A stretch of 64,000 nucleotides of DNA, from positions 114,439 to 178,438 of IMG/VR virus record IMGVR_UViG_3300011242_000001. One strand, given 5' to 3'. Shown here piece after piece: positions 9,554 to 18,434 of the stretch. The notes beneath the pieces were generated by a model. That model did no database searches. It had not been told where the DNA came from and saw nothing but the letters and a program-made list of their open reading frames with translations. Each line of letters opens with the position of its first letter. Positions within the stretch are counted from its first letter, which is position 1. This DNA comes from a virus (taxonomy: Duplodnaviria > Heunggongvirae > Uroviricota > Caudoviricetes). Made by a program: the position numbers and the translations under genes.

Positions 9554-10090
9554 ATGAAAAGTTTACATCAATTAAGTCAATTGTCGATGTTTAGTATGGA
9601 TCATATTGAACTCACCGCAGAATCACGTAATAAAATAGATACTACCGTTCTTTATTCAATGAACCGCGATCCAAATCAAAATATTAACCAGGTAACTAAC
9701 AGATGCATTATTGCAACCATGGCCGAACAAAAAGTCGCTTCTCATATGTTGGGATATGTGATGAATGGAACTGTTGATTTTTCTGACCCTTTATCGTATG
9801 CATACGATGTATTATCTGGTATAGAATATCATGGTGCTCGTATTGAAGTTAAAACACATCAATCAAATGCTCGGTGGATTAGTGTAAATCTTGATGAACG
9901 TAATACCACAGGATTCATGAATCTGTTTCATTTTTTAAATTATGAAGCTGCCGATTATATTACTATTTTCAATAGTTTGCCATTAACACCAACATCATAT
10001 AATTTTAAAACTGCTTTTGTGGGAACGCGAGCCGATATTAAAAAAGTTATTCGAAAGAGTAATTATAATGGATGGTATCTACATATCTAA
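9554..10090 (+). CDS. denB: endonuclease IV homologue
   Basis: colinear with T4 DenB as I recall it: PNQ, RC.IA..AE, DP.SYAYDVL, RIEVKTHQ..RWISV, terminal RKSNYNGWYL. Confidence 0.85.
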   Translation: MKSLHQLSQLSMFSMDHIELTAESRNKIDTTVLYSMNRDPNQNINQVTNRCIIATMAEQKVASHMLGYVMNGTVDFSDPLSYAYDVLSGIEYHGARIEVKTHQSNARWISVNLDERNTTGFMNLFHFLNYEAADYITIFNSLPLTPTSYNFKTAFVGTRADIKKVIRKSNYNGWYLHI

Positions 10091-10147
10091 TAAGTGTTTC
10101 GACACTTACTTTTTATTAAATAATAAGAAAATACTTTAGGAATACAA

Positions 10148-10903
10148 ATGAATTTTAGCACTTTCTTAAATGAGGCCGTATCTGATGGCAACTATAAAAT
10201 TAAAATAGATATTGAAAATGCAAAAGAATTATTAAAAAAACATTGTACTGATATGGATTTTAATGAACCTTATTGGCGAGGTATGAGAGGAAAAACGCCC
10301 GCTTATATATTAGAAGGTCAATTAAGTGAACGTAAATCAATAGACCAAACAAATCATTATACAGTTTTAATTGACCATTCCATTAAAAAAAATCATATGG
10401 GCTATCCATTAAGATCAAAATCTGTTATTGCTGCAAATGATATAATATTAGCAGACGGTTATGGTAATAATGTATATGCAATTTTCCCATATAACAATAT
10501 TAATATTGGTGTCATTAATGGTGATATTTGGGGGACCAGTATAACAATAAATGAGACTCGTAAAGGTATTACTAGTTGGAATGAATTATTTGAAGAAGCT
10601 GGTGTTAAATCATATCCATTACCAAATGCAGCGGAATTAATTATTAATCAAATTAAATCATTATTTAAATATGAAAAAAATAAATTAACGCATGCCCAAC
10701 AGGTTTTAGTTGAAGTATTTGAAGATGTTGATAGTGTAGAAGATCATTTAATTGATGCTTATAATCCAGATATGCATTTTTCATTAGAAGATACAAAGAG
10801 TATTGGATTCGATAATCCATGCGAAGTATGGTTTAGCGAAAAATGTATTGCTATTAGTAAAGATGTATGGGAACAATTAAAAGAAGAGGAATTTACGATA
10901 TAA
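10148..10903 (+). CDS. putative internal head protein with ART-like motifs; paralogue of 37069..37812
   Basis: MNFSTFLNEA N-terminus; WRG, NHYT, P.RSKS, CEVW; ATTAAATA at 10115. Confidence 0.6.
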   Translation: MNFSTFLNEAVSDGNYKIKIDIENAKELLKKHCTDMDFNEPYWRGMRGKTPAYILEGQLSERKSIDQTNHYTVLIDHSIKKNHMGYPLRSKSVIAANDIILADGYGNNVYAIFPYNNINIGVINGDIWGTSITINETRKGITSWNELFEEAGVKSYPLPNAAELIINQIKSLFKYEKNKLTHAQQVLVEVFEDVDSVEDHLIDAYNPDMHFSLEDTKSIGFDNPCEVWFSEKCIAISKDVWEQLKEEEFTI

Positions 10904-10910
10904 AAATATC

Positions 10911-10935
10911 GACTAAATAACTAATAAAAACTTAA
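10911..10935 (+). repeat. direct repeat copy 1 (copy 2 at 11762..11787)
   Basis: GACTAAATAACTAATAAAAACTTAA versus GACTTAAATAACTAATAAAAACTCAA. Confidence 0.7.
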
Positions 10936-10959
10936 GAGAAGCTATTGCTTCTCTTTTTT
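10935..10959. terminator. terminator between convergent genes
   Basis: AGAGAAGC-TATT-GCTTCTCT followed by T run. Confidence 0.8.
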
Positions 10960-11671
10960 AATATTCAATAATTACAAATTTAGAGTTTGTTTTAGTATCA
11001 GTAAAAGAGCGAGCCTTTAATTTACCTTTACTAATATAAAGTCTATCATCTGAAATTTTAAAATTATCTTCTTTAACTAATGTTTGCAGAAATTTAATAT
11101 TTTGGTCATCATTTTTAAATGCGATCTTAACTTTATTTTTTGCATATGGAATTAAGTCAAGTTGATATTTAGTTTGAATTTTTTTAATTGCTGCTGGATA
11201 GATAACACTATTATCGCCATTTAATACTTCATTGATTGACTTATAAAATTTGTTTAAAATGGTCCAATCAATATAATCATTATAATAGGCTGATATATTT
11301 TTACTTTTAACCTTATTCATTACATATGATAATGGGCCTTTAATATAATCTAAATCGTCCCATCCATTATTAATTTCAAACAAAAATGAATCTTTTGTTG
11401 ATGATAAAGTTAATCTAGCAACAATCATAAATTGATCTTCTTTTTTTAAGCGAGCTTTACGATTATTATATTCTTCGTCAGTTTCGGCCGAATTAAGGTA
11501 TTCTCTATTTAAAAATTTTGCTTTGGATTTACTAGGAAAATTAAAAATTAAACATCCGTTATCTTCAATATACGGTATATTAATTTTATTTGCTGCTGAT
11601 ATCAACATATTTTTAATATCATCGTAATTTAAATTTTTAGATTCATTCATAACAAAATCATTAAGTTTCAT
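10958..11671 (-). CDS. putative internal head protein (start revised to MKLNDFVMNES)
   Basis: internal Met gives a targeting-sequence-like N-terminus; GAG upstream. Confidence 0.55.
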   Translation of the reverse strand: MKLNDFVMNESKNLNYDDIKNMLISAANKINIPYIEDNGCLIFNFPSKSKAKFLNREYLNSAETDEEYNNRKARLKKEDQFMIVARLTLSSTKDSFLFEINNGWDDLDYIKGPLSYVMNKVKSKNISAYYNDYIDWTILNKFYKSINEVLNGDNSVIYPAAIKKIQTKYQLDLIPYAKNKVKIAFKNDDQNIKFLQTLVKEDNFKISDDRLYISKGKLKARSFTDTKTNSKFVIIEY

Positions 11672-12000
11672 AAAATATACTCTAATCATTTAATAAATTT
11701 ATTATACAGCAAATAATATTAAATGTATATACAAATTAAATAATATTATTGAAAAATTATTGACTTAAATAACTAATAAAAACTCAAAAATAAGTTGCCG
11801 TTTTTTGTTTAAATTAAAATGCAAATAAAAAGCAAATATAATTGTATTTTCAAAATTATATTTGCTATAATGATTTTGTTCTGCGATACTAAATTGAACA
11901 TAAGTATAAAATACTTAATATGACTCTTATCTCTTATATGTAATTAATTTCTTCTTTTTATATCCGCATAAATAATATTTTAATTTATACGGAGTTCTTG

Positions 12001-13110
12001 ATGACTACTGCAATTTTTAATAGTAATAAAACTATTGAAGAATATAAAAATACACCTATTTTTATGGGAACCCAACCCGGTTTTATGGATACTATTTATA
12101 AAAGTCATCCTAAATTGTGGAAATTATATAAAGAATTAAAATCGCTTGACTGGTCAGAAGATGAATTTGACTATTCACGTTGTACTATTGATTTTAAAAA
12201 TGCCCATCCAGATATTTCAGACATGATGATCGAAACTATCGGCTGGCAATGGGAAGCTGATTCAGTTGCAGCACGTTCTGTAATTGCAATTATGGCCCCA
12301 TTTATTTCATCAACTGAATATTGGACTGCTTTACTTCGTATTTCTGATAATGAATCAATCCACGCTGCAACTTATTCCGAAATCGTTAAATTATCATTTA
12401 ATGATACAGACGGAATCATGCAACGTATTTTGAATTTCAAAAATACACAAGCTCGTATGAACATCTTAGAAAATACTTTAGATGAAGCATTAACTCTAAG
12501 CCGTAAATATGCAGCCGGTTTAATTCCAGCATCAGATGAACTATATCGTGATGTGCCAATTAAAACAACTGTATGTCTTCTATTCTTAGAACGTGTACAA
12601 TTCATGGCTTCTTTTGCTGTTACATTCAGTATTTGTTTAACTGGTTTATTCCAACCTATCGGTAAAGCTGTTCAAAAAATCTGCCAAGATGAATTAGAAG
12701 TTCATGCAGAATTCGATAAAGAAGTGCTTAAATACGAGCTAAAAACAGAACGCGGTCAATGGGCAATGCAATCTTTACGCCCTTGGATGCATGAAATGGC
12801 TGAAGAATTTATCCAATGTGAATTCTCTTTCATTGATTCATTATTCCGTGATGGCCGTTGTTTACCTGGTGTAACATCAGATATGCTTAAACAATGGGTG
12901 CTATATAACGCTAAAGATGTAACTCGTTTCTTAGACTTAGATATGAGCGATAAATATACATTCCCTAAGCATGATCCAATGCCTTTGCTTGAAACATGGA
13001 TTAATGCAAATAAAACACAGGCTGCACCTCAAGAACAAGACCTTGCACAATATAAAGTGGGTGTTGTAGTCGATGATGCATCAGAAACTGTCTTTGATTT
13101 AGACTTTTAA
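12001..13110 (+). CDS. nrdB: ribonucleotide reductase beta subunit
   Basis: W..DE, EADS, NESIH..TY, FMASF, DELEVH di-iron ligands, APQE; GGAG RBS. Confidence 0.95.
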   Translation: MTTAIFNSNKTIEEYKNTPIFMGTQPGFMDTIYKSHPKLWKLYKELKSLDWSEDEFDYSRCTIDFKNAHPDISDMMIETIGWQWEADSVAARSVIAIMAPFISSTEYWTALLRISDNESIHAATYSEIVKLSFNDTDGIMQRILNFKNTQARMNILENTLDEALTLSRKYAAGLIPASDELYRDVPIKTTVCLLFLERVQFMASFAVTFSICLTGLFQPIGKAVQKICQDELEVHAEFDKEVLKYELKTERGQWAMQSLRPWMHEMAEEFIQCEFSFIDSLFRDGRCLPGVTSDMLKQWVLYNAKDVTRFLDLDMSDKYTFPKHDPMPLLETWINANKTQAAPQEQDLAQYKVGVVVDDASETVFDLDF

Positions 13111-13151
13111 TAGATTAACTTAAACTTTATATATATTATAGGAATAAAATA

Positions 13152-13391
13152 ATGTTCACTGTTTACTCAAAAGAAATGTGTCCAATGTGCGATAAAGCGA
13201 AAGCTTTACTTACAACTCAACAGCAAGAATTTGAAGTAATTCAAATAGTTACAGAAATTACGGGTGAAAATCAGATTACTCGTGAAAAATTTATGGAGCA
13301 ATTCCCTGGTATTCGAGTAGTACCATATATTGTTAAAAATGATGGGTCTGTATATAAAACGTTTGCAGAACTAGCACACATCTTCAAATAA
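13152..13391 (+). CDS. nrdC: glutaredoxin (T4 NrdC-like)
   Basis: VYSKEMCPMCDKAK and VVPYI motifs; follows nrdB. Confidence 0.85.
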   Translation: MFTVYSKEMCPMCDKAKALLTTQQQEFEVIQIVTEITGENQITREKFMEQFPGIRVVPYIVKNDGSVYKTFAELAHIFK

Positions 13392-13505
13392 TTAGCATAT
13401 AATAACAATTGTTAGCATAGCTCGTACATACTTTCTGGATTTATATTCTATTATGTATTTACGAGTTGAATATATGAACAACATACTTTTTTAGGAGATA
13501 TTATT

Positions 13506-13805
13506 ATGTCAAATTCAAATTCAAGTGCAAACGAAATTGTTAAAAGTTCTACACGTCATTTTTATGCAGTTAAAGAAGACAATCGTGGAGCAAAACCATA
13601 TGTATTCGAAAAAATCGCTGATCGTAACGCATGGTTAGAAAAATATCCTGAAGCTGCCAAACCAGCATCGGCTACGGAAGTCTATAAATTGTTACGTAAG
13701 CAACGTAATGCAATCCTGGCTGCCAATCGTACTAACCGTGTATACGTAGTTGATTCAATCGAAGAAATTGATACTAATAAAGGTCATCGCTTAATATTAT
13801 CTTAA
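13506..13805 (+). CDS. hypothetical basic protein
   Basis: AGGAG RBS; own terminator. Confidence 0.8.
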   Translation: MSNSNSSANEIVKSSTRHFYAVKEDNRGAKPYVFEKIADRNAWLEKYPEAAKPASATEVYKLLRKQRNAILAANRTNRVYVVDSIEEIDTNKGHRLILS

Positions 13806-13822
13806 GCCGATAAACATCAATC

Positions 13823-13855
13823 AAAAAAAAGGAGGTTATAAACCTCCTTTTTTTT
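13823..13855. terminator. intrinsic terminator
   Basis: AAAAAAAAGGAGGTT-ATA-AACCTCCTTTTTTT. Confidence 0.85.
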
Positions 13856-13955
13856 AATTTAAAAAAATAATATTTTTATTGCAAAAACTATTTACAAAAA
13901 CATCTATTTTGATTACTATGTTTTTGCGTAATCAAACAAACGGATGACTACTTGA

Positions 13956-14357
13956 ATGTCAAATATCGCAATAACAATGGATTCAGCTGTAGAAGATCAA
14001 CCAAATGAAATGCATCAAAAAATAATGTCAAACATGCTTTGGGTGGAGCAGATTGACTATATTTTAGATATGGAAATCCAATATGATGATGAAAATTTGA
14101 ATGTTTATCTAATTGAACTCTATGAACAATTAAATATAAATTCATATGAATTTGATAAAATGCGTACAAATTATGCATTTGCAAAATGTATGAATATGGA
14201 TCAAGCTGTTAATTTGTACGATTCATTAACTGAAAATGGAAAATCAGACTTAATTGAAGTAATTAAATTTGATTTTCCACATTTACATGATCTTGCTCGT
14301 ATTCACGATACGTTTGAATTTGAGTCAGCTGATGTAATTACATCAACCGTTCAATGA
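13956..14357 (+). CDS. hypothetical acidic protein
   Basis: 133 aa ORF; start uncertain. Confidence 0.65.
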   Translation: MSNIAITMDSAVEDQPNEMHQKIMSNMLWVEQIDYILDMEIQYDDENLNVYLIELYEQLNINSYEFDKMRTNYAFAKCMNMDQAVNLYDSLTENGKSDLIEVIKFDFPHLHDLARIHDTFEFESADVITSTVQ

Positions 14358-15071
14358 TTTTAATGCATTAGCAATCTTTATATGGTACTCATATAATGTA
14401 TATGATGAACCATTATAGCCTTTGGCAAAGTCTCTACAAGTGTTTGAATTTGTAGAGATTCTTAAAAATGCAGGCTTAAGATTAGCAACTTTTAAAATAT
14501 AATTAGCAAGCATACGATAATGTGAAGCCTCACTATTTCTAGCATCCCATAACATATCGATAGGGTGTTTATAACCCATATAACTATAATACTTTCCTAA
14601 CACTTGAAATTTACCAATAGATATAGATTGTAACGCTCCATCTGGATCAATACAAACTGCATAAGAAAGTTTTTCCCATGAGTCATTGATTTTATTATCA
14701 TTAATATCTAATGTATAGCCGCCATATTTTTGAAATGAAATATATTCATTTTTGTAACCAACAAAGTAAATAGTGCGCTTTACATATTTATAAAATAAAT
14801 GTCGTTCCCATAAAATCTTTACAAGACCTTCATTAGTATATGCACCGCCTCCAGATTCAACCTTTGCGACTGCTTTTATACGTTTGTTAGATGTATCACC
14901 TAAAAGTTGTGCTATGGACGTTATATCGCTTTCTGTGACGGCTGTAGCATTCTTATTAGTAAACACTTGAATAAAAGCGTTTCTTGTTTTAGGGCCACCG
15001 ATTCCATCCTCTACGACCTTTGGATTGGCACCTTTATCATTTAGCCATTTTTGTAATTCTTTAACATTCAT
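14343..15071 (-). CDS. modular endolysin: peptidoglycan-binding domain plus N-acetylmuramidase (DUF3380-like)
   Basis: VKELQKWLN...DGIGGPKT; AVAKVESGG, ILWERH, SIGKFQVLG, FAKGYNG. Confidence 0.9.
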   Translation of the reverse strand: MNVKELQKWLNDKGANPKVVEDGIGGPKTRNAFIQVFTNKNATAVTESDITSIAQLLGDTSNKRIKAVAKVESGGGAYTNEGLVKILWERHLFYKYVKRTIYFVGYKNEYISFQKYGGYTLDINDNKINDSWEKLSYAVCIDPDGALQSISIGKFQVLGKYYSYMGYKHPIDMLWDARNSEASHYRMLANYILKVANLKPAFLRISTNSNTCRDFAKGYNGSSYTLYEYHIKIANALKSLNG

Positions 15072-15090
15072 TATTAATATCCTTTTGTTA

Positions 15091-15126
15091 AAAAGCCCTT
15101 TACTCTATTTAAAGTAAAAGGCTTTT
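15091..15126 (-). terminator. terminator hairpin with a late-promoter core (TTTAAATA) in its loop
   Basis: 14-bp stem with one G.U on the minus strand, U tail, upstream of the endolysin RBS. Confidence 0.65.
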
Positions 15127-15144
15127 ATAATGAATGATAAAAAA

Positions 15145-15505
15145 TTAAACGTCTGTTACTATAGTTAATTCTTTATCAGATAACGCTTTTTCCCAATTGA
15201 TTAAAGGTATATTTATCATCTCTTCGCATGTCATATTTTGGGTATTAACAATTGATTCATATAATGACATCATTGGGTTTTTATATAAAGATATATCAAT
15301 ACCTAAATTAGTTAATAAATTAAAATCTTTAAACATAATATATTGTTCGATAGTCCACCAAGAATGACACCCCAATATATTTCACCTTTATCATTTTGTA
15401 ATTTTATTCCAATATTATTTGGTCCTTTTCCTAATATCTCATCTAATTGATTTATTAAAAAACATTTTCATCATCAATAATATTAACAATTGATAAATTA
15501 TTCAT
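15145..15505 (-). pseudogene. doubly frameshifted gene (MNNLSIVN...GPNNIG...W/GCHSWW...)
   Basis: adding one base to a T6 run and one to a G4 run gives a single ~120 aa frame. Confidence 0.55.
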
Positions 15506-15663
15506 TAATCGCTATCCCTGATTTTTTTGCCATGTATTTTTCTATAACGTATTGCTGATCACTTGTAAGATGTTTATCAAAGCTTATAAAGCCGTAAAAT
15601 GCTTTTTGTATAGTGTGAAGGTAATGTTGATATTACTTTTTCAACTCGTAAAGTGTTACTCAT
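15498..15663 (-). pseudogene. out-of-frame join of an N-terminal relic (MSNTLRVEKVISTLPS) and a C-terminal relic (...IEKYMAKKSGIAINE)
   Basis: two protein-like fragments in different frames; GGAG RBS and CTTAAATA upstream. Confidence 0.45.
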
Positions 15664-15715
15664 TTATACAGAGCTCCAAATAATTTTTATTTAAGTCGTA
15701 TAAATAATATACATG

Positions 15716-16294
15716 TTATTTTTTCTCGTTAAGCATTTTCAAAATATCAGCCGGGTCTTTACATATAATTGTATTATTTTGAGTGTTATTTACTGTAGGA
15801 TTGGCTGTTGGCGTTACATCTTTAGATGTTCCAGCTTTGCCAGTCTTCCGCTTATCTTTACGATCATGTACATCTAATAGCTTTTCATTTAACTCAACAA
15901 TCATTCTTAAAAAGTTTGCAGCTGGTTCAAACGCTTTTGGTGATTCTGCCATTCGCACAATCTCAAACATCTCATCTGCAATATCCATGCTTTTATCAAT
16001 TAATTCACGAATATTTTTCTTAACAAGCTTTTCATCTTTTTTATATTCTATTTCTTCTGCGCTTAATGGCTCAGCAACAGCAACTGCATTAGTAGCAGCC
16101 GGTACAGGTAAAAGATCATCCGGCTCACCATATTCTTCATATTCGTCGACTTCAGTATTTTCATCTAGCTCAGCCGGCAATAAATCGGTACCACTCATAT
16201 TATGATGATTAACCACATTAACAATTTTGCCAGTTGATAAATCAAAGCCGTGTTCTGTTTCAAGTGCTTGAGATATGCTATCAATTTTTCCCAT
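15716..16294 (-). CDS. gp16: terminase small subunit (gp16-like)
   Basis: AESPKAFE helix, C-terminal NNTQNNTIIC..DILKML; follows gp15. Confidence 0.75.
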   Translation of the reverse strand: MGKIDSISQALETEHGFDLSTGKIVNVVNHHNMSGTDLLPAELDENTEVDEYEEYGEPDDLLPVPAATNAVAVAEPLSAEEIEYKKDEKLVKKNIRELIDKSMDIADEMFEIVRMAESPKAFEPAANFLRMIVELNEKLLDVHDRKDKRKTGKAGTSKDVTPTANPTVNNTQNNTIICKDPADILKMLNEKK

Positions 16295-17019
16295 TATTTA
16301 CTCCAAGTAAATTCTTCATCGGCATTATCTCTATGCCCTACTAATTTATCAAATAATTCATCGTGATCTTTTTCAGACATATTAATAATTACGTCTTTAA
16401 TACGTTGAATTGAGCGCGGATTACTATGAAATTTAGTATGTGCGCTAAAACTAAAGTTAGCTAAAATTATTCGTTTTTCATCAAAGCTAGATTCGTATTG
16501 AATATCTTGCGATACTGAATTTAAATCAAAAGTAATGTTAGTTTTTAAATCATACAAATCTTTATCATTAATAGTAACAGTTAATTGCGGTGCAAAGAAC
16601 GGAGCAATTTGTTCAATTATCTGATATAGTTCATCTAATGTATTAGTGGCCAAATATAGCTCAATACCAATTGTATAAGGTACTGATGTAAACATAAATG
16701 TTACATTATCTTTTTCAATAATTTTATTCTGTACATTTAACGGGTTCGTCATTTTTTCAGGATTATATGCATAATTAACAACTTCAAAACCTAGTACCGG
16801 TAAACCAACATCCGTGTACATATTTCGAACATCTTCATTATTTGATAATACTTCTACAAATTTTTGTTTTTGTGCATAATGTATCGGTACTTGTACAAAG
16901 TCGCCCTTACCTGTTTTTATAGTTACATCGCTGAATAGTGAACCAAATGTCGCTATTACTTTTTTAATTGAACGGTGATAAAAATGTTCGCCTATCATAG
17001 ATCGTCGTCTAAACCCCAC
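16294..17019 (-). CDS. gp15: tail sheath stabiliser/terminator (gp15-like)
   Basis: HFYHRSIKK.IATFGSLF, VPIHYA, QIIEQIAPFFAP. Confidence 0.9.
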   Translation of the reverse strand: MGFRRRSMIGEHFYHRSIKKVIATFGSLFSDVTIKTGKGDFVQVPIHYAQKQKFVEVLSNNEDVRNMYTDVGLPVLGFEVVNYAYNPEKMTNPLNVQNKIIEKDNVTFMFTSVPYTIGIELYLATNTLDELYQIIEQIAPFFAPQLTVTINDKDLYDLKTNITFDLNSVSQDIQYESSFDEKRIILANFSFSAHTKFHSNPRSIQRIKDVIINMSEKDHDELFDKLVGHRDNADEEFTWSK

Positions 17020-17654
17020 TTAGTAAATGGATTACCCGCAGGAACTACATTTGAGTCACTAAATTTATCTGCGGCTTTCTTAATTGTTGTTTTATTTTCA
17101 CTTTCGGTGGTTGGATTTAAGAAGTCATTAATATCAGTATATGTTGTATCCATAATATTGTTATAACTCTTATTGGCAACTACTAGTGTTAATCTATATG
17201 ATGCAACCGCACCAAATTGGAATGGGTCCGGATGACCATCCCATAATTGTGTAACTTGGAACATACAGTTTACAAATGATCCATATTGAGAGTCTGGATT
17301 ACCAATGTATATATAATCACCTTCGCGAGGCTGCGCAAAACCAGTTTTTAATTCGTCCCATGATTTAGCTGAAATAATAATCTCGGTTGATTCTTCAAAC
17401 CGGAAACCAAATTTACTCATATGCTTTTGCATATTCATATTTTGACCTGCATTAGTCATATAAGCATCTATTTTATAAGTAGTTCTAAATACACTTAATT
17501 TTTCTTCACGTAAAAGCTCATCAAAGTCTTCCATATCACGGACAATATAAAGCACATCTATACCATGTTGTTGAATAGATTCCTGTACTATATCCATGTA
17601 TTCATTTTGTTCATTCTCATTATATAAATGATCAAAATATCGATTGACTGTCAT
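16995..17654 (-). CDS. gp14: neck protein (gp14-like)
   Basis: NEQ...IVQESIQ.HG.DV.YI.R, MSKFG, PREGDYIY. Confidence 0.9.
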   Translation of the reverse strand: MTVNRYFDHLYNENEQNEYMDIVQESIQQHGIDVLYIVRDMEDFDELLREEKLSVFRTTYKIDAYMTNAGQNMNMQKHMSKFGFRFEESTEIIISAKSWDELKTGFAQPREGDYIYIGNPDSQYGSFVNCMFQVTQLWDGHPDPFQFGAVASYRLTLVVANKSYNNIMDTTYTDINDFLNPTTESENKTTIKKAADKFSDSNVVPAGNPFTKWGLDDDL

Positions 17655-17684
17655 TTTATTTGATTCTTTTTGTATCTTTATTTG

Positions 17685-17694
17685 TATTTAAATA
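17685..17694. promoter_or_regulatory. palindromic late-promoter core TATTTAAATA between divergent gp14 and PAAR genes
   Basis: TAAATA present on both strands; T4 late consensus is TATAAATA. Confidence 0.55.
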
Positions 17695-17719
17695 AAAGAA
17701 AAATAAAAGGAAAATTAAT

Positions 17720-18013
17720 ATGGGCAAGCCAGCGGGGCGCATCGGAGACGTTCAATCAGGTCACGGATGTTTTCCACCAACTAATTGCATATCGGGATCA
17801 GGGAATGTCAAAACAAATAAAAAGCCGGCAATGCGAGTTGGTGATAAATTTGTATCGCATTGTTGTCCAATGAAAGGGTGTCACCCACCCGTATTGGCAT
17901 CTGGATCAAGTTCAGTGAAAATAAACGGTAGACCTGCCGGTCGCTTAGGTGATCCGTGTGGATGCGGCGGGAAAGTAATGGTTGGATCCGGGAATGTATT
18001 GATCGGTGGTTAA
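17720..18013 (+). CDS. gp5.4: PAAR spike-tip protein (gp5.4-like)
   Basis: three PAGR/PAMR-x-GD repeats with His and Cys ligands. Confidence 0.92.
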   Translation: MGKPAGRIGDVQSGHGCFPPTNCISGSGNVKTNKKPAMRVGDKFVSHCCPMKGCHPPVLASGSSSVKINGRPAGRLGDPCGCGGKVMVGSGNVLIGG

Positions 18014-18059
18014 TCTACTTATCTTTAATTCACTTAAATAAAAAGTAAAAGGTAAAACA

Positions 18060-18434
18060 ATGGCGATATATACAGACTTCGATATGACATTCGGAAAAAC
18101 TGCAAATGGCGATATCAATGCTTTAAGCGATGAAGGTTGTATTCGCCAGGTTATTAAAAATTCAGTTCAAATGAATTCATACGATATTCCATTTAATAAA
18201 TGGCATGCAGCAAATATTAGAAATTATTTATTTGAACACCCTAATAAAATCTCTGAAAGCGAAATAAAAAATTCTATCCGCGATGTTCTTTTATTAGATC
18301 CACGATTACAAAATCCAGTAATTAACATTACATATTCCAGTGACTTTCAATATTGTTATATCGATATAACCGTATATGTAGTGTTATTGGATAAAGAAGT
18401 AAACCAAGTAATAGAATTAGAGCGAGTACGATAA
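18060..18434 (+). CDS. gp25: baseplate wedge protein (gp25-like)
   Basis: YTDFD..F, IPF, YLFE, DPR, terminal LERVR; CTTAAATA upstream. Confidence 0.8.
   Translation: MAIYTDFDMTFGKTANGDINALSDEGCIRQVIKNSVQMNSYDIPFNKWHAANIRNYLFEHPNKISESEIKNSIRDVLLLDPRLQNPVINITYSSDFQYCYIDITVYVVLLDKEVNQVIELERVR

Noticed and set aside
6351..17873. Overlapping track ORFs 6351..6617, 12372..12605, 13948..14184, 15783..16205, 15826..16023, 16975..17166 and 17670..17873
   Set aside because: They lie antisense or off-frame to well-supported genes
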